From: Thermoproteota archaeon
Lineage (GTDB): Archaea > Thermoproteota > Thermoprotei_A > Sulfolobales > Ignisphaeraceae
Length of the DNA: 64,000 nt
Reading direction: 5' to 3'
Assembly: GCA_030550585.1 (NCBI GenBank)
Contig: JAUQPB010000001.1
Coordinates: 352,001 to 416,000, forward strand
Shown: positions 10,082-20,559 of the stretch, one piece after another
Layout: every line of letters begins with the position of its first letter
How positions within the stretch are numbered: position 1 is the first letter of the stretch
Program-made: the position numbers and the translations under genes
The notes under the pieces: generated by a model
What the model saw: the letters and a program-made list of their open reading frames with translations, nothing else
The model's database searches: none
Told to the model about the DNA's origin: nothing

Positions 10082-10130
10082 ATGATGACCCCAGCGAACC
10101 TGAGACAATGATGACACCTGTCTCACCTGA
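10082..10130 (+). ncRNA. Box C/D guide sRNA
   Basis: Perfect boxes: ATGATGA-CCCCAGCGAAC-CTGA-gaca-ATGATGA-CACCTGTCTCAC-CTGA. Confidence 0.88.
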
Positions 10131-10486
10131 ACACCAACACATGCTCAGCTATCTCCATATGGATATAGCAAACACATACTCAACCCACATGCACAGAAAT
10201 AAAAACAAGTTTATTAAGTATTACCTAAGAACAATACAGCTCACCACCCCAGAGTTGGAGACGTCATTAGGTTGCATCCTTTGGAAAAGAGGTTATGGTA
10301 TATGATTCAATATATTTAGCATTAATAAGAGGGTTAGTGGAGTTTTCATAACATAAAGGAACTTCTCAATAAGATAAAAATTTTGATTCATCGCCAGTAA
10401 ATCTTTATAGTTGATTCACCCGGTTTATCAGCAATGCCAATATCTCTTTAGATGGGTTTTATGTTCTTACAATTTCTCTATGATTG

Positions 10487-10909
10487 TTAAAGTGTTGTTA
10501 TTATAGTATTTGTATCCTCTCCCACACCTTCCAGAAACTTTATGAGTGCAACATCTAATGTTAGAAACTGTAGTTTATTTTCATGGGCTATAGCATATAG
10601 TAGCAGATCTACTAGATCGTTGAATCCCTTCTTTCTAAGCTCAAGCGTTTTGACTATTGATGTGCTTGTTAGGGGCACTTTAATGAAGTTTCTTTCGATG
10701 CTCATCAGCCCCTTCATAACAATGTCTGGCTCGTAGCGGTTTTACTTAGTTTCCATGCTATTTCTAGGAGATTCAGCTCTGTGTGGTAGACTTCAACCTT
10801 ACCTTTTCTAACATAGTCCACAGACTCTCCAACAGTTTTCAACATCCTTAACACTAATCCCAACTATGGGTAGTAGAAAGGATGTGTCAAGAAGTATTCT
10901 TATCTCCAA
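10487..10909 (-). pseudogene. vapC: VapC/PIN toxin, frameshifted
   Basis: TTG 10909 LEIRILLDTSFLLP..., then KGKVEVYHTELNLLEIAWK and the ORF-track C-terminus (DLVDLLLYAIA...FLTLD) in different frames. Confidence 0.75.
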
Positions 10910-11144
10910 GCCTCCTCTGCTCCTCCTCACTAATACTCTCAATCTCTTCAATTGTTGTCTCAGCGAATTTGGATCCTTTCAATGCAAGCCAGAATGGATC
11001 TGGTATTGGGGTTGCAACAAGCTTGTTACCCCCAACCCTAAGCTCCAGATAAGCCTCCTCGCCAATCCCAAGATTCTCAGCAATATCCTTAGGTATGTAA
11101 ATAGTATTCTTCTTACTAACCCTAACAACCCTACCCATAAACAC
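10887..11144 (-). CDS. vapB: AbrB/MazE-type antitoxin
   Basis: RVSKKNTIYIPKDIAENLGIGE; overlaps the PIN gene start. Confidence 0.85.
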   Translation of the reverse strand: MFMGRVVRVSKKNTIYIPKDIAENLGIGEEAYLELRVGGNKLVATPIPDPFWLALKGSKFAETTIEEIESISEEEQRRLGDKNTS

Positions 11145-11433
11145 CTAGCCTACTACAATAAACCTAGACTAATAAAACCTTGCTGAGATGGAAACATTAA
11201 GTCGAGTACCCATAGACAATAAAATACATGTTAGGGTTGCTTACTAACACATATTTGTAGCACCATTCCACTTAGCTCTTTTTGTATATTTTTGTATAGA
11301 AGCTCTAGTATAATTTAGATTGGATCTTCTCCTTAGTTTCTCAACAGACCTCAGTAGCTTATAAAATTTTAAATTTATAAGTTTGACAAAAAGTTGTTTT
11401 ACTTTGGTATTATGCATCTTATTCGGTGATGCT

Positions 11434-11709
11434 ATGGATTTTATTAATGTTGTTATAGAGATGATATTGCTTATCTATATTATAGCTTTAATTCTATATG
11501 TGGTTAGGCTTGTCAAAGGGTTCACAATATTTGATAAAGTCATAGCTGTTGATGCAGCAAGCTACGATTTGATAGTATTTATGTCGTTGATAGCTTTATA
11601 CACAGGGAACTACTATATGGCGACACCCATGATTTTGCTAGCTCTATGGGCATTTGCACTGGATTTGTATATATCTAAACTTGTTGAATATGGTGATGTT
11701 GGGGGCTGA
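11434..11709 (+). CDS. mrpF: Mrp/Mnh antiporter subunit F
   Basis: RLVKGFTIFDKVIAVD (GPTxxDRxxAxD-like); 3 TM; GGTGA SD before ATG 11434. Confidence 0.85.
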   Translation: MDFINVVIEMILLIYIIALILYVVRLVKGFTIFDKVIAVDAASYDLIVFMSLIALYTGNYYMATPMILLALWAFALDLYISKLVEYGDVGG

Positions 11710-11710
11710 C

Positions 11711-12076
11711 ATGTCTTTCTACTGGGTAGAAAAAATTATTGAGATACTGGGTCTTATATTCATATCCGCTGGGGCATTCTTTGAATTTGTAGCTGCCATA
11801 GGCTTTTTTAGAATGCCAAACTTCTATACAAGGGTACATGCTCTTACAATTGGGGCTGTGGGGGGAACAGTTCTACCTTTAATCGGTGTAGCACTACTGG
11901 CAATATCTAAAGTAGGGGCAGATCCATCGAGACTATACCTAGCAACACTATGTATTATATCGGCTATTATAATTCTTATAGTAGCACCTACAGGAAGTCA
12001 TGCTTTGGTAAGATCTGCCTATATTCATAGCAAACAACGTAGAGAAGAGTATAGGGAGTCTGTGGTGGGATCATGA
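11711..12076 (+). CDS. mrpG: Mrp/Mnh antiporter subunit G
   Basis: GFFRMPNFYTRVHALT...APTGSHALVRSA. Confidence 0.92.
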   Translation: MSFYWVEKIIEILGLIFISAGAFFEFVAAIGFFRMPNFYTRVHALTIGAVGGTVLPLIGVALLAISKVGADPSRLYLATLCIISAIIILIVAPTGSHALVRSAYIHSKQRREEYRESVVGS

Positions 12077-12345
12077 TTATTCTATTTACATTGATTTTGA
12101 TTGCCTCTTTGCTGTCAACTGTTATGGCATATCTTGCTGTAATTGAGAAGAGAATTCTTTACTCAGTCATATATTTATCGTTTTTAAGTGTCTGCTACTC
12201 GCTAATCTACTTTGCATTAATGGCTCCAGATGTTGTATTGACGTATATACCCATAGCAACTATTCTCCAGCCATTCATTATACTTAGTGTTATAGCTAAA
12301 ACAAGTAGAAAGAGGTTTTCAAATCATGGTCACGACAAACACTAG
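12073..12345 (+). CDS. DUF4040/MbhD-like small membrane subunit
   Basis: YFALMAPDVVLT motif; ATGA overlap with mrpG. Confidence 0.8.
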   Translation: MIILFTLILIASLLSTVMAYLAVIEKRILYSVIYLSFLSVCYSLIYFALMAPDVVLTYIPIATILQPFIILSVIAKTSRKRFSNHGHDKH

Positions 12346-13129
12346 AAAAGTTATGCTAATATTCATGCCTTTGGGGGTCATAATAACATCGCTCATTACC
12401 GTTGTAATTGCTGGGGGCATTGGTTTTCCCCCACATAGAGATCTTAGAGATCTCGGAAAAGCATTTATAGCTAACAGCTACAACATCTGGAACAAAACGC
12501 TAACCTCATACTCTCTCAATGTTGTTTCAGCTATTATATGGGATTATAGAGGAGTTGATACACTACTTGAAACAGCTGTTCTATTTGCTGCTGTCACGGG
12601 TTTGGCAGCGATTTTCAGAAATGTTAAAGAGATGTTTCTGGGTGAGTATAGGGGGCTTAGCACCATAGTTAAAATATCAGCTAAGCTAATCGTAATATTG
12701 ACTGCCATAGCCTCTATATCAATTGTGGTTTGTGGACACCTAACCCCTGGAGGAGGATTCCAGGGCGGTTCAACACTAGCAGCAATAACAACACTCATAA
12801 TCGTTGCTTATTCCATTGAGGCTATGTATAGAAAGAAAATCACCTTGGGTAAAATCTTAAAGCTTAGGTATAGCGCTTTTGCAATTCTCTTACTAGTGGC
12901 GATAACACCTGTTGCATATGGTCTATTCAGTCAAGTTAAGACATACTATCTCCAAAACTCTGTCAAAGAAGATTCGTGGTTTTCAATGCCTACAAGCTTT
13001 TTTGGAACGCCTTTAGGCGGCTCAATATTTTTCTTCAACTTGGTGGAGTACATAGTTGTGGCATCTTCAATCGCCTTTATAGTTATGTTGTTATCGATGA
13101 GGCTAAGAGAGCTTGGGCTAGAAGACTAG
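12326..13129 (+). CDS. mrpB: Mrp subunit B (MbhE+MbhF-like)
   Basis: NVVSAIIWDYRGVDTLLE and GHLTPGGGFQGG. Confidence 0.92.
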   Translation: MVTTNTRKVMLIFMPLGVIITSLITVVIAGGIGFPPHRDLRDLGKAFIANSYNIWNKTLTSYSLNVVSAIIWDYRGVDTLLETAVLFAAVTGLAAIFRNVKEMFLGEYRGLSTIVKISAKLIVILTAIASISIVVCGHLTPGGGFQGGSTLAAITTLIIVAYSIEAMYRKKITLGKILKLRYSAFAILLLVAITPVAYGLFSQVKTYYLQNSVKEDSWFSMPTSFFGTPLGGSIFFFNLVEYIVVASSIAFIVMLLSMRLRELGLED

Positions 13130-13138
13130 GGGTAGGCT

Positions 13139-13555
13139 ATGGAGCTAGCCACACTAATCTTTACAACAACTACATTTGCACTTTTAGCCAATTTAATTAT
13201 AGCTGTTTATGGAATTTTCATGGATAAATCGCTTTTGAAGAAGGTGATAGCTCTTGCAATATTTTCTGACACTCTAGCCGTTTTCGCTATACTGATAGGA
13301 TTTAGAGTTCCACAAACGCCAGGCTTTCCAAAACCCCCGATATATCCATCAGCTCCTGAAACAGTAGAAGAGATAAATAAATTCATTCTACAGAGTGTTG
13401 ATCCCGTTCCACAAGCATTTGTCATAACAGCTATTGTGATTAACCTAGCTATTTTTTCACTTCTAACAGGTTTTGTGATTCAGCATTATAAACACTTTGG
13501 GTCTATGAATATTAGCCTAGTTGAAAAAGAGGAGATTGTAGATGAAGTTTACTAG
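13139..13555 (+). CDS. mrpC: Mrp subunit C
   Basis: LLKKVIAL...VDPVPQAFVITAIVI. Confidence 0.92.
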   Translation: MELATLIFTTTTFALLANLIIAVYGIFMDKSLLKKVIALAIFSDTLAVFAILIGFRVPQTPGFPKPPIYPSAPETVEEINKFILQSVDPVPQAFVITAIVINLAIFSLLTGFVIQHYKHFGSMNISLVEKEEIVDEVY

Positions 13556-14045
13556 AATTGTGATAATATTCGTTCTATTCTTCTTGTTCTACATAGGCTT
13601 TTCGGGACTTGTAAACGAGTTGACAGTGTTTACGGGTCTAGTCACGGCTACAGTATCTGTGCTTTTCATAGAGATTCTAAATCTGATCAAATTTGACTTA
13701 GGTTCGAACATCTTGAAACGTTTTGTATATGCCCTCAAATACTTAAAGACATTTGTTGTAGCTGAGGTTGTTGAGCATTTGAAGGTAACTAAAATCATTC
13801 TTAGCAGAAAACTTGCTATAAATCCTGCTATTGTTGAAATTCCCACATCTCTAAAATCCGATTTAGCTATAACCATTGCAGCCCTTACAATAACTAATAC
13901 GCCTGGGACTATAGCTGTCGACTTCGATAAAGATAATAATGTTTTGTATGTTCACTGGTTAAACCAAGAGGCCTTTGAAATAAATAAGATCAAAAGCTTG
14001 GTTTTGGGTGATTTAGAGGAGACTATAAAGAATATGATTGAATGA
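13542..14045 (+). CDS. mrpE: Mrp subunit E
   Basis: INPAIVEIP...ITNTPGT...LYVHWL. Confidence 0.92.
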   Translation: MKFTRIVIIFVLFFLFYIGFSGLVNELTVFTGLVTATVSVLFIEILNLIKFDLGSNILKRFVYALKYLKTFVVAEVVEHLKVTKIILSRKLAINPAIVEIPTSLKSDLAITIAALTITNTPGTIAVDFDKDNNVLYVHWLNQEAFEINKIKSLVLGDLEETIKNMIE

Positions 14046-14051
14046 TGGACC

Positions 14052-15584
14052 ATGATTTCAGCTAGTATTGTAATTAACTACCTCTTAGCCTCTGTGTCAG
14101 CAGCTCTCCTAGGCATTTCAAGATACGGCAAGAAATTTCTCGATTCTGTAGCTGTTTCTATGGCTATACTAGGCTTGGCAATGTCTATTGCTCTAATGTT
14201 GAATTCATATAGAAATAGTGTAGAGGTGTATACATTTGGGGGCTTTAGACCCCCTTTGGGTATTGTCTACTATGCTGATTTCATTAACTCTATACTATCA
14301 CTCCTATCATCTTTTGCAACAATTATCAGCATTGTTGTAGCATATATAACCATGGACTACAATACCAGAAAATATTTTTATCCACTAGCATTTTTATTGG
14401 CTACAGGAGCGCAGGGGTTCATATTCTCTGGAGATCTATTTCACTTGTATGTTTCTACAGAGCTTGTAGCTATCTCCTCTTATGCTCTAACAGGTCTCTA
14501 TAGCAATAAGAGAAACTGTGTTAGAGCTGCGATAATCTATGGAATTACTGGAACAGCGATTACGAATTTCCTTCTCTTAGCAGTAGTGCTTATCTATGGT
14601 TCTTATGGAACTGTCAATATGGCTGACATAGCGTTAAAGTCTATGAATCCAGAAGCTACAACACCGTTTTCGGGTAGGGTCTTCGGCGATATACTCCATT
14701 CGTCTACGGTAGCCCTAGCTATAATGACATGGGTTTTCCTATTCAAATCAGGTATAATGCCTAACCATTTCTGGCTTCCACGAGTGTATAGAGCAGCTCC
14801 TATAGCAAGCATAATTCTTTTTTCATCTTCGGCTGACATCTTAGGTGTCTACGGCATTCTAAGGTTATATCACATAGCATTTAGTTGCAGAAGTGTGATA
14901 GCTACATTCAGACAGACAATGTTGTCTATGCTAACACCGCTTTCTCTAACGTCAGCTCTCTTCTCATCTCTTTTAACAGCAAGGCAAACCACATTTAGGG
15001 GAATTGTAGCTTACAGCACCATAGCTCAGCTAAGCCTTGCTCTATCTGGGACAGTCCTAGGCGTGCCAGAACTTGTTGCTGGGGGAATCCTCCACATGGT
15101 CGCAAATGCATTGGGAGATACATCTGTGCTTCTCGGTTATGCAGTTCATGCAAAGGCATGTGGTAAAAAATTGCATATTTTATCAAAAGTTTTGGTGGCT
15201 ACAGGTTTGCTCAATCTATTTGGCGTCATCCCAGTAGTACCAGGCTTTTGGAGCAAGGCACTAATGGTTTGGGGGTTCGTTGAAGAAGGGGTTCTTGCTG
15301 GGGCAGTAATAGTGCTTATATCAACTGGTTTATGTGCTATAGGATACCTCAAATTGATACTAAGATTTTTCCATATGGAAGATGTGAAAAGCGATTTAGG
15401 GATGGTAGCTAAATGCACAACGAAGATGCAATGGACTCTAGCCACAGTAGCAAGTCTTCTGATAGCTGTTGTCATAGGCGTTGGCTTAGCGTTGATCTCT
15501 GTCCCCAAATTGATCAACATATTTCTAGACCTTACATCAAATAGTATTGATGTGTTGACCTACATATCAAATGTTTTACCCTAA
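14052..15584 (+). CDS. mrpD: Mrp subunit D (antiporter-like)
   Basis: GGFRPPLGI, GDLFHLYVSTE, FKSGIMPNHFWLP, AYSTIAQ, PGFWSK. Confidence 0.88.
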   Translation: MISASIVINYLLASVSAALLGISRYGKKFLDSVAVSMAILGLAMSIALMLNSYRNSVEVYTFGGFRPPLGIVYYADFINSILSLLSSFATIISIVVAYITMDYNTRKYFYPLAFLLATGAQGFIFSGDLFHLYVSTELVAISSYALTGLYSNKRNCVRAAIIYGITGTAITNFLLLAVVLIYGSYGTVNMADIALKSMNPEATTPFSGRVFGDILHSSTVALAIMTWVFLFKSGIMPNHFWLPRVYRAAPIASIILFSSSADILGVYGILRLYHIAFSCRSVIATFRQTMLSMLTPLSLTSALFSSLLTARQTTFRGIVAYSTIAQLSLALSGTVLGVPELVAGGILHMVANALGDTSVLLGYAVHAKACGKKLHILSKVLVATGLLNLFGVIPVVPGFWSKALMVWGFVEEGVLAGAVIVLISTGLCAIGYLKLILRFFHMEDVKSDLGMVAKCTTKMQWTLATVASLLIAVVIGVGLALISVPKLINIFLDLTSNSIDVLTYISNVLP

Positions 15585-15607
15585 GAGACATCAATGAGGT
15601 ATCTAAA

Positions 15608-17791
15608 ATGCTTGTAGAGCAAACATATCTTAGCATAGCTGTGACCAGCATACTTATTCTGCTAGGCAATATAGTGATGCTCAAAAAACCGTTTGTGGGA
15701 TGCATTCTTAGAGCAGCAGGATTCGCTCTTGCAACAATTCTCATTCAAGGGCCTAACATCTTTGCAGAAACATTGATTGTGGCATCGTCTGTAACTGGCA
15801 TTACACTCTCTTTCTATACCTACTCATATTCTAGAAACAAGTATGGAGACCTTGCACTTACACCTCTTACAGACGTGTTATTGCTGTCTATGATAATTCT
15901 GTTCCAGGCGAAAACACTCATAGAGTTTATCGGCTTTTGGCTACTAACAGAGCTTATCGCTTTCTTTCTCATAGCCTATGAATATATCGTGAAGGGGGAT
16001 GCACAATCGATAAGAGCTGCTATAAAGTATTTAATAGTCTCAATGATACCTACAGACCTATCTCTCTTCATAATGCTGGGCTTGGCTGGATTTGAAGAGG
16101 CTTTGACAAGACCTTTAATGGAATTTAATTTAGGTCTTCAAAATCCAGCAATACTATCGACAGTTATATTGGGGTTCTTCTCTAAAGCTGCTGTAATACC
16201 TCTACACTTTTGGCTTCCAGATGCTCACAGCATTGCACCTTCCCCGGCATCGGCTCTTCTATCTGGACTTATGGTGAAGATGGGTGTATATGGACTTTAC
16301 CTGCTATCGCTTCAACAACTTGATAAATTATTGGCGTCTCTAACAATGGTTTTGCTAGGGGGTTTAACAGCCATATACGGGGCAATTCAAGTACTTGTTC
16401 AAGAGGATATCAAGAGGTTTCTCGCTTATAGCACAATATCTGAAACAGGCCTTATATCCTTACTCATAGGCCTTTACATTTTTTCTGGAGACAATATATT
16501 TCTAGTTTCATCAATTGCATATAGCGTTGCCCATGCTTTATACAAGACACTTATGTTTATGGATGCTGGATATATTGAGGTGGTTGCACATACCCGTAGC
16601 ATAAGAGGTCTTGGATTTATTCATAGGCTAAGCCCTCTTCAAACAACATCTATTTTGATGAACATAGCCTCTTATCTAGGTATGCCACCCTCTACAGGGT
16701 TTCTAGCAAAGTTAACTATTTTCACAGCTATTACAAAACACATTACCCACTCCCATATATACATTATAGTGCTGCTAATAACTGTTGTCAAGGTCATGAT
16801 ATCCGTTATTTACAATGGTGTTTATCTCAAAACACATTTCGGTAAAGAACCTCTTAGCAACATTGCCAACACATATCAGTCTGGAGATGACCTTATGTTG
16901 AATATGTCCTGTCTAGTTAGTTCTGTATACACATACATAATTACAATACCTCTACTCTATTTGCTAATCTATGAAGGAGGTTTTGCAGAGGTGAAATACC
17001 TTAGAACTCTTCTTCCATTTGCAGTAGTATTAACAATTATATCCCTACTCCTATATCTCCTCATATATAAAACCATAAAACGCGAAAGAGATGATGCAAA
17101 AAGCTTCTACACCCCAAACTTTAGCTATGCTAATAGATTTTTAGGGCTATACGCAATACTTGTTTTCTCTATAACTCTCGTTTTAGGTATAACAAACAAA
17201 GATCTTATGTTGTTGGAAGCAGGATTCAAAACTGTTCTCACAATAGGTTACTTGAGCATCGTTAATGATATACTAGCAAAGCTATATTCCAAAGCCACTG
17301 GCATGACAGTTTTCATAACCATTCTTACACTAGTTTATTACATATTACTTTGTATTTGCGACCCATGGACCGCTATAATATTTTCTGCAGTATACACTAC
17401 ATCTATGGCTATACTAATTAAGTTAGCCAAGTTGGAGATTCCGTACATCTCTACTTTCTATAGGTTACCGGCAATACTTAGAGGTGTCAAGCTAATCGAT
17501 AAAATGTTTAAAGCATTTATGAAGCTGTTTTCACAAATAAAGAAGCGGTTTTTAATTGAATTCAAGGTTTACAGCAAATTAACAAAGATCATGCATCTAC
17601 AAACCATTCCCTATCTCATAACCTACACAGCTGTGATTCTTGAGACAGAGCTGGAGAACATACTAGGTAAAATATCAAGTATCTTATCTAGGCTTGAGTA
17701 TATTGTTGAACATTCGCTACTAGCAATATTGGTAGCGGCCAGCACGATTGTATTGATAGCACTTATCTTCAATATTTTGCTTATGCTATAA
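15608..17791 (+). CDS. Mrp subunit A/NuoL-like antiporter subunit with long C-terminal extension
   Basis: KAAVIPLHFWLPDAHSIAPSPASALLSG, DIKRFLAYST, HALYK. Confidence 0.85.
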   Translation: MLVEQTYLSIAVTSILILLGNIVMLKKPFVGCILRAAGFALATILIQGPNIFAETLIVASSVTGITLSFYTYSYSRNKYGDLALTPLTDVLLLSMIILFQAKTLIEFIGFWLLTELIAFFLIAYEYIVKGDAQSIRAAIKYLIVSMIPTDLSLFIMLGLAGFEEALTRPLMEFNLGLQNPAILSTVILGFFSKAAVIPLHFWLPDAHSIAPSPASALLSGLMVKMGVYGLYLLSLQQLDKLLASLTMVLLGGLTAIYGAIQVLVQEDIKRFLAYSTISETGLISLLIGLYIFSGDNIFLVSSIAYSVAHALYKTLMFMDAGYIEVVAHTRSIRGLGFIHRLSPLQTTSILMNIASYLGMPPSTGFLAKLTIFTAITKHITHSHIYIIVLLITVVKVMISVIYNGVYLKTHFGKEPLSNIANTYQSGDDLMLNMSCLVSSVYTYIITIPLLYLLIYEGGFAEVKYLRTLLPFAVVLTIISLLLYLLIYKTIKRERDDAKSFYTPNFSYANRFLGLYAILVFSITLVLGITNKDLMLLEAGFKTVLTIGYLSIVNDILAKLYSKATGMTVFITILTLVYYILLCICDPWTAIIFSAVYTTSMAILIKLAKLEIPYISTFYRLPAILRGVKLIDKMFKAFMKLFSQIKKRFLIEFKVYSKLTKIMHLQTIPYLITYTAVILETELENILGKISSILSRLEYIVEHSLLAILVAASTIVLIALIFNILLML

Positions 17792-17868
17792 AAATATCAT
17801 AATACGAACCTTTAGAGGCTTGAGTGAGCTAAGTATCTAAGGGGACTAGACATTAAAAAGCATGATAT

Positions 17869-17910
17869 TGACCTTCCCTGCTCTAAAGAACGAGGCTTTT
17901 TGGTTGTAAA
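17869..17910 (-). mobile_element. Miniature IS200/IS605-end-like hairpin element, copy 1
   Basis: TGACCTTCCCTGCTCTAAAGAACGAGGCTTTTTGGTTGTAAA; abuts a truncated vapC. Confidence 0.6.
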
Positions 17911-18112
17911 AATCAGCTTTAACAGCAATGTTAATTAGCTTTTTGCCGTGGTCGAGGAGCAGAGTTATTATTATTGATGTATCTAACACATATCTCGTCT
18001 TCTATCCCTATCCTCTCTCACAAGCCTAGCTATAACACCGGGGTCTACCCTCCCAGCCAAGCTACTCCTAAGTCTCTCCTCCAGCTCTCTTAAAATCCCA
18101 ATATAAATTGTC
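17905..18112 (-). pseudogene. Remnant vapBC pair (antitoxin C-terminus and PIN N-terminus)
   Basis: ...VIARLVREDRDRR followed by YVLDTSIIITLLLDHGKKLINIAVKADFYN, which runs into the hairpin element. Confidence 0.65.
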
Positions 18113-18614
18113 ATACTAGACAATGTTGACTTCCGTAATACAAATATGTAATACAAGCTTATAAACCCTATGAAAAGGCTCAATGAATTATATTTTTGCC
18201 ATTTTTGCTTAGTATTAAGGTGCAATGTTTTTGTTGCTTAACCATAAACAAATAGACTTCTATCAAGCATTATTGTTGAACTAATCTCTGCGACTCATAG
18301 GTCTATTCTGAGTGCATTACTAACCACCTTAACATTTATCAACAGAGGATTCCTATAAATGGATTAAGGGAAGAAGAATTGTGTTTGTGTTTATTTATGA
18401 AAATTATTTAGCTTGAAATTTTTTAAAGATAAATTAGATAAATGTTTAGTGATGTCAAGGTAGACACTTTATCTTGGTTATATTGCCTACCTCAATCTTA
18501 TCGAGTTTCAGGGTATATTTGCCCCCACCTGTTCTCTTGGTTTTGCGTCCTCGCAGCATAAATGAAGAGTGGGGATAAGGGCTCTAAGTCGTTTGCAAAT
18601 CGATGGTGAAAAGC

Positions 18615-19844
18615 TTATGTGAGTAGCTTCTCGATTAGGGCATAGTATATCTTAGCCATTTTCTCAAATTCGCTTATGGGCAGGTATTCATCTGCTGCAT
18701 GAGCAACGCCAATCGCTCCCGGCCCGTAAGCGACTACTGGTATGTTTGCATCTGTGTAGAACCTCATATCCAGTCCTCCTAGACACACTGTTAACCTTGG
18801 CTTTTTACCCAGAACCTTCTCCCCTGTTTCTTGCACCGTCTTGACGAAGCTGGAGTTGGGATCTGTTATTGCTGGAGGTTGCTTGTTGACTATCTTAACC
18901 TCTACCCTAACATCTCTGAGATCCATCGACGCCTTTTTGATGAAATCGATCATCTCTTTTTCGACGTCCTCTAACCTCTCCTCGGGGACAACCCTTCTAT
19001 CTATTGAGAAGGCAGAATATCCTGGAACAACATTGATCTTTGTACTACCTTTAACCTCTCCCCCAATCGTTACTGTGGGTCTGACCCCTCTCAGGTCATT
19101 GTATTCGTATACACTTTTCCTCGATTTTAGATACTCTTCATATTCAGTCATAAACCTATGCGCTATTTTAACCATGTATTCAAACGCGTTGACACCCAAC
19201 CACGGAGTTGCTCCATGAGCCTGCCTCCCATATACCTCTACCAATGCCCAGACAGCTCCTTTATGCCCTATCCATATTGATTCGCTACCACTAGGCTCGC
19301 CTATAACCACATAATCTGGTCTAACACCAACTTTTCTCACCAAAAACCCGGTTCCTGACTCACCTCCTATTTCTTCATCCGGAACTAGAGCAACTTCAAT
19401 ACCACCCCCTAGCTTCTTACCCGAGTCAATAACGGATTTCAGTGCGACAAGAAACGATGCTATACCTCCTTTCATGTCTGTTGAGCCCCTCCCATACAGC
19501 TTCCCATTCTCAACAACTGGGTCAAACGGCTTCCTAGTCCAGCCACTCCCAGCAGGCACCACATCATAGTGCCCGTTAAAGTGAAGAACAGGCTTGCCCT
19601 CACCATATTTAGCATACACTATGTAGCGTGGATATGCTGCGTAATCTGGATAGTACTCTCTAACATATTCAGCTGGAACCTCGATAATTCTTACCTCAAC
19701 ACCCAAAGACTCTAGCACCTCTCTAGCATACTTGACAAAATCCCAATAGTGCTCACCCGGAGGATTGGTAGTTGGGATAGCTACCATGTCTTTAAGTATC
19801 TTTAGACCCCACCCAACATTTCTAGCCACATAATCCACAGACAT
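18615..19844 (-). CDS. M20 family metallopeptidase/deacylase (ArgE/DapE-like)
   Basis: FNGHYDVVP, GRGSTDMKGG, PDEEIGG, GEPS, AHAADE. Confidence 0.93.
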   Translation of the reverse strand: MSVDYVARNVGWGLKILKDMVAIPTTNPPGEHYWDFVKYAREVLESLGVEVRIIEVPAEYVREYYPDYAAYPRYIVYAKYGEGKPVLHFNGHYDVVPAGSGWTRKPFDPVVENGKLYGRGSTDMKGGIASFLVALKSVIDSGKKLGGGIEVALVPDEEIGGESGTGFLVRKVGVRPDYVVIGEPSGSESIWIGHKGAVWALVEVYGRQAHGATPWLGVNAFEYMVKIAHRFMTEYEEYLKSRKSVYEYNDLRGVRPTVTIGGEVKGSTKINVVPGYSAFSIDRRVVPEERLEDVEKEMIDFIKKASMDLRDVRVEVKIVNKQPPAITDPNSSFVKTVQETGEKVLGKKPRLTVCLGGLDMRFYTDANIPVVAYGPGAIGVAHAADEYLPISEFEKMAKIYYALIEKLLT

Positions 19845-19886
19845 AAAACACCATTTCCTCTACTTTGCACATCGACTTAGAGACTA

Positions 19887-20027
19887 TTAAAAGTTATCGA
19901 CAGGCTGAGCATCAACACCATACAGAATCATTGGCTTGCCAAGAATAGGAATCATGTGTTTAGGTCTAGAAAATGTGAATGGCCTAAGCCTAGAGCCCTC
20001 GCCAGCAGCCAGAACAAGACCCTTCAT
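19887..20027 (-). pseudogene. N-terminal fragment of a sugar-1-phosphate nucleotidyltransferase (RmlA-like)
   Basis: MKGLVLAAGEGSRLRPFTFSRPKHMIPILGKPMILYGV, then a stop after 46 aa. Confidence 0.85.
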
Positions 20028-20559
20028 AAAAGCACCCGATCTATGTCCTAGTATTCAAGTATCAAAAACGCTACAATATTTTAAATTTAATAAAATATTG
20101 TAAAGAGAAGTCGATTCAGCTAAGCAATACACAACACCTCTTAATAATTACCTTTATTCTTCTCTCCACGATTTTCATGTAGATCATCCTTGGCAATAAG
20201 AGATAAGTTGGCACCTCGTCTGAGCTCATGCGTATCACTGAATTTTCCGCAACTTCACTTCGGCAAAAACAGCTGGTGTGTAGAAGCTATTTAGAAAACG
20301 TAGTTTGATGAAGTTACTGCATCTTAGGTTTGTGATCATAGCTAGAACTATTTCATTTCTCACGCTGAAACACCATTGGAAGCTAGGTAATCCTCCATGT
20401 AGCACCTCTGTAGTGCCCACTGTGGCAACTGGTATGAGGAATTATCTGGCGTTCGCAATTCTGGAACATTGATCCTGGGAAGTTATCGTCTTAATTAAAC
20501 AAAGTTGTCATCTACAAAAAGATTCTTCCAATACACTTCTTAACGACATCTGTTCTGTA

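Noticed and set aside
10030-10305. 91-aa ORF
   Set aside because: Overlaps a perfect box C/D sRNA and has no recognisable protein motif
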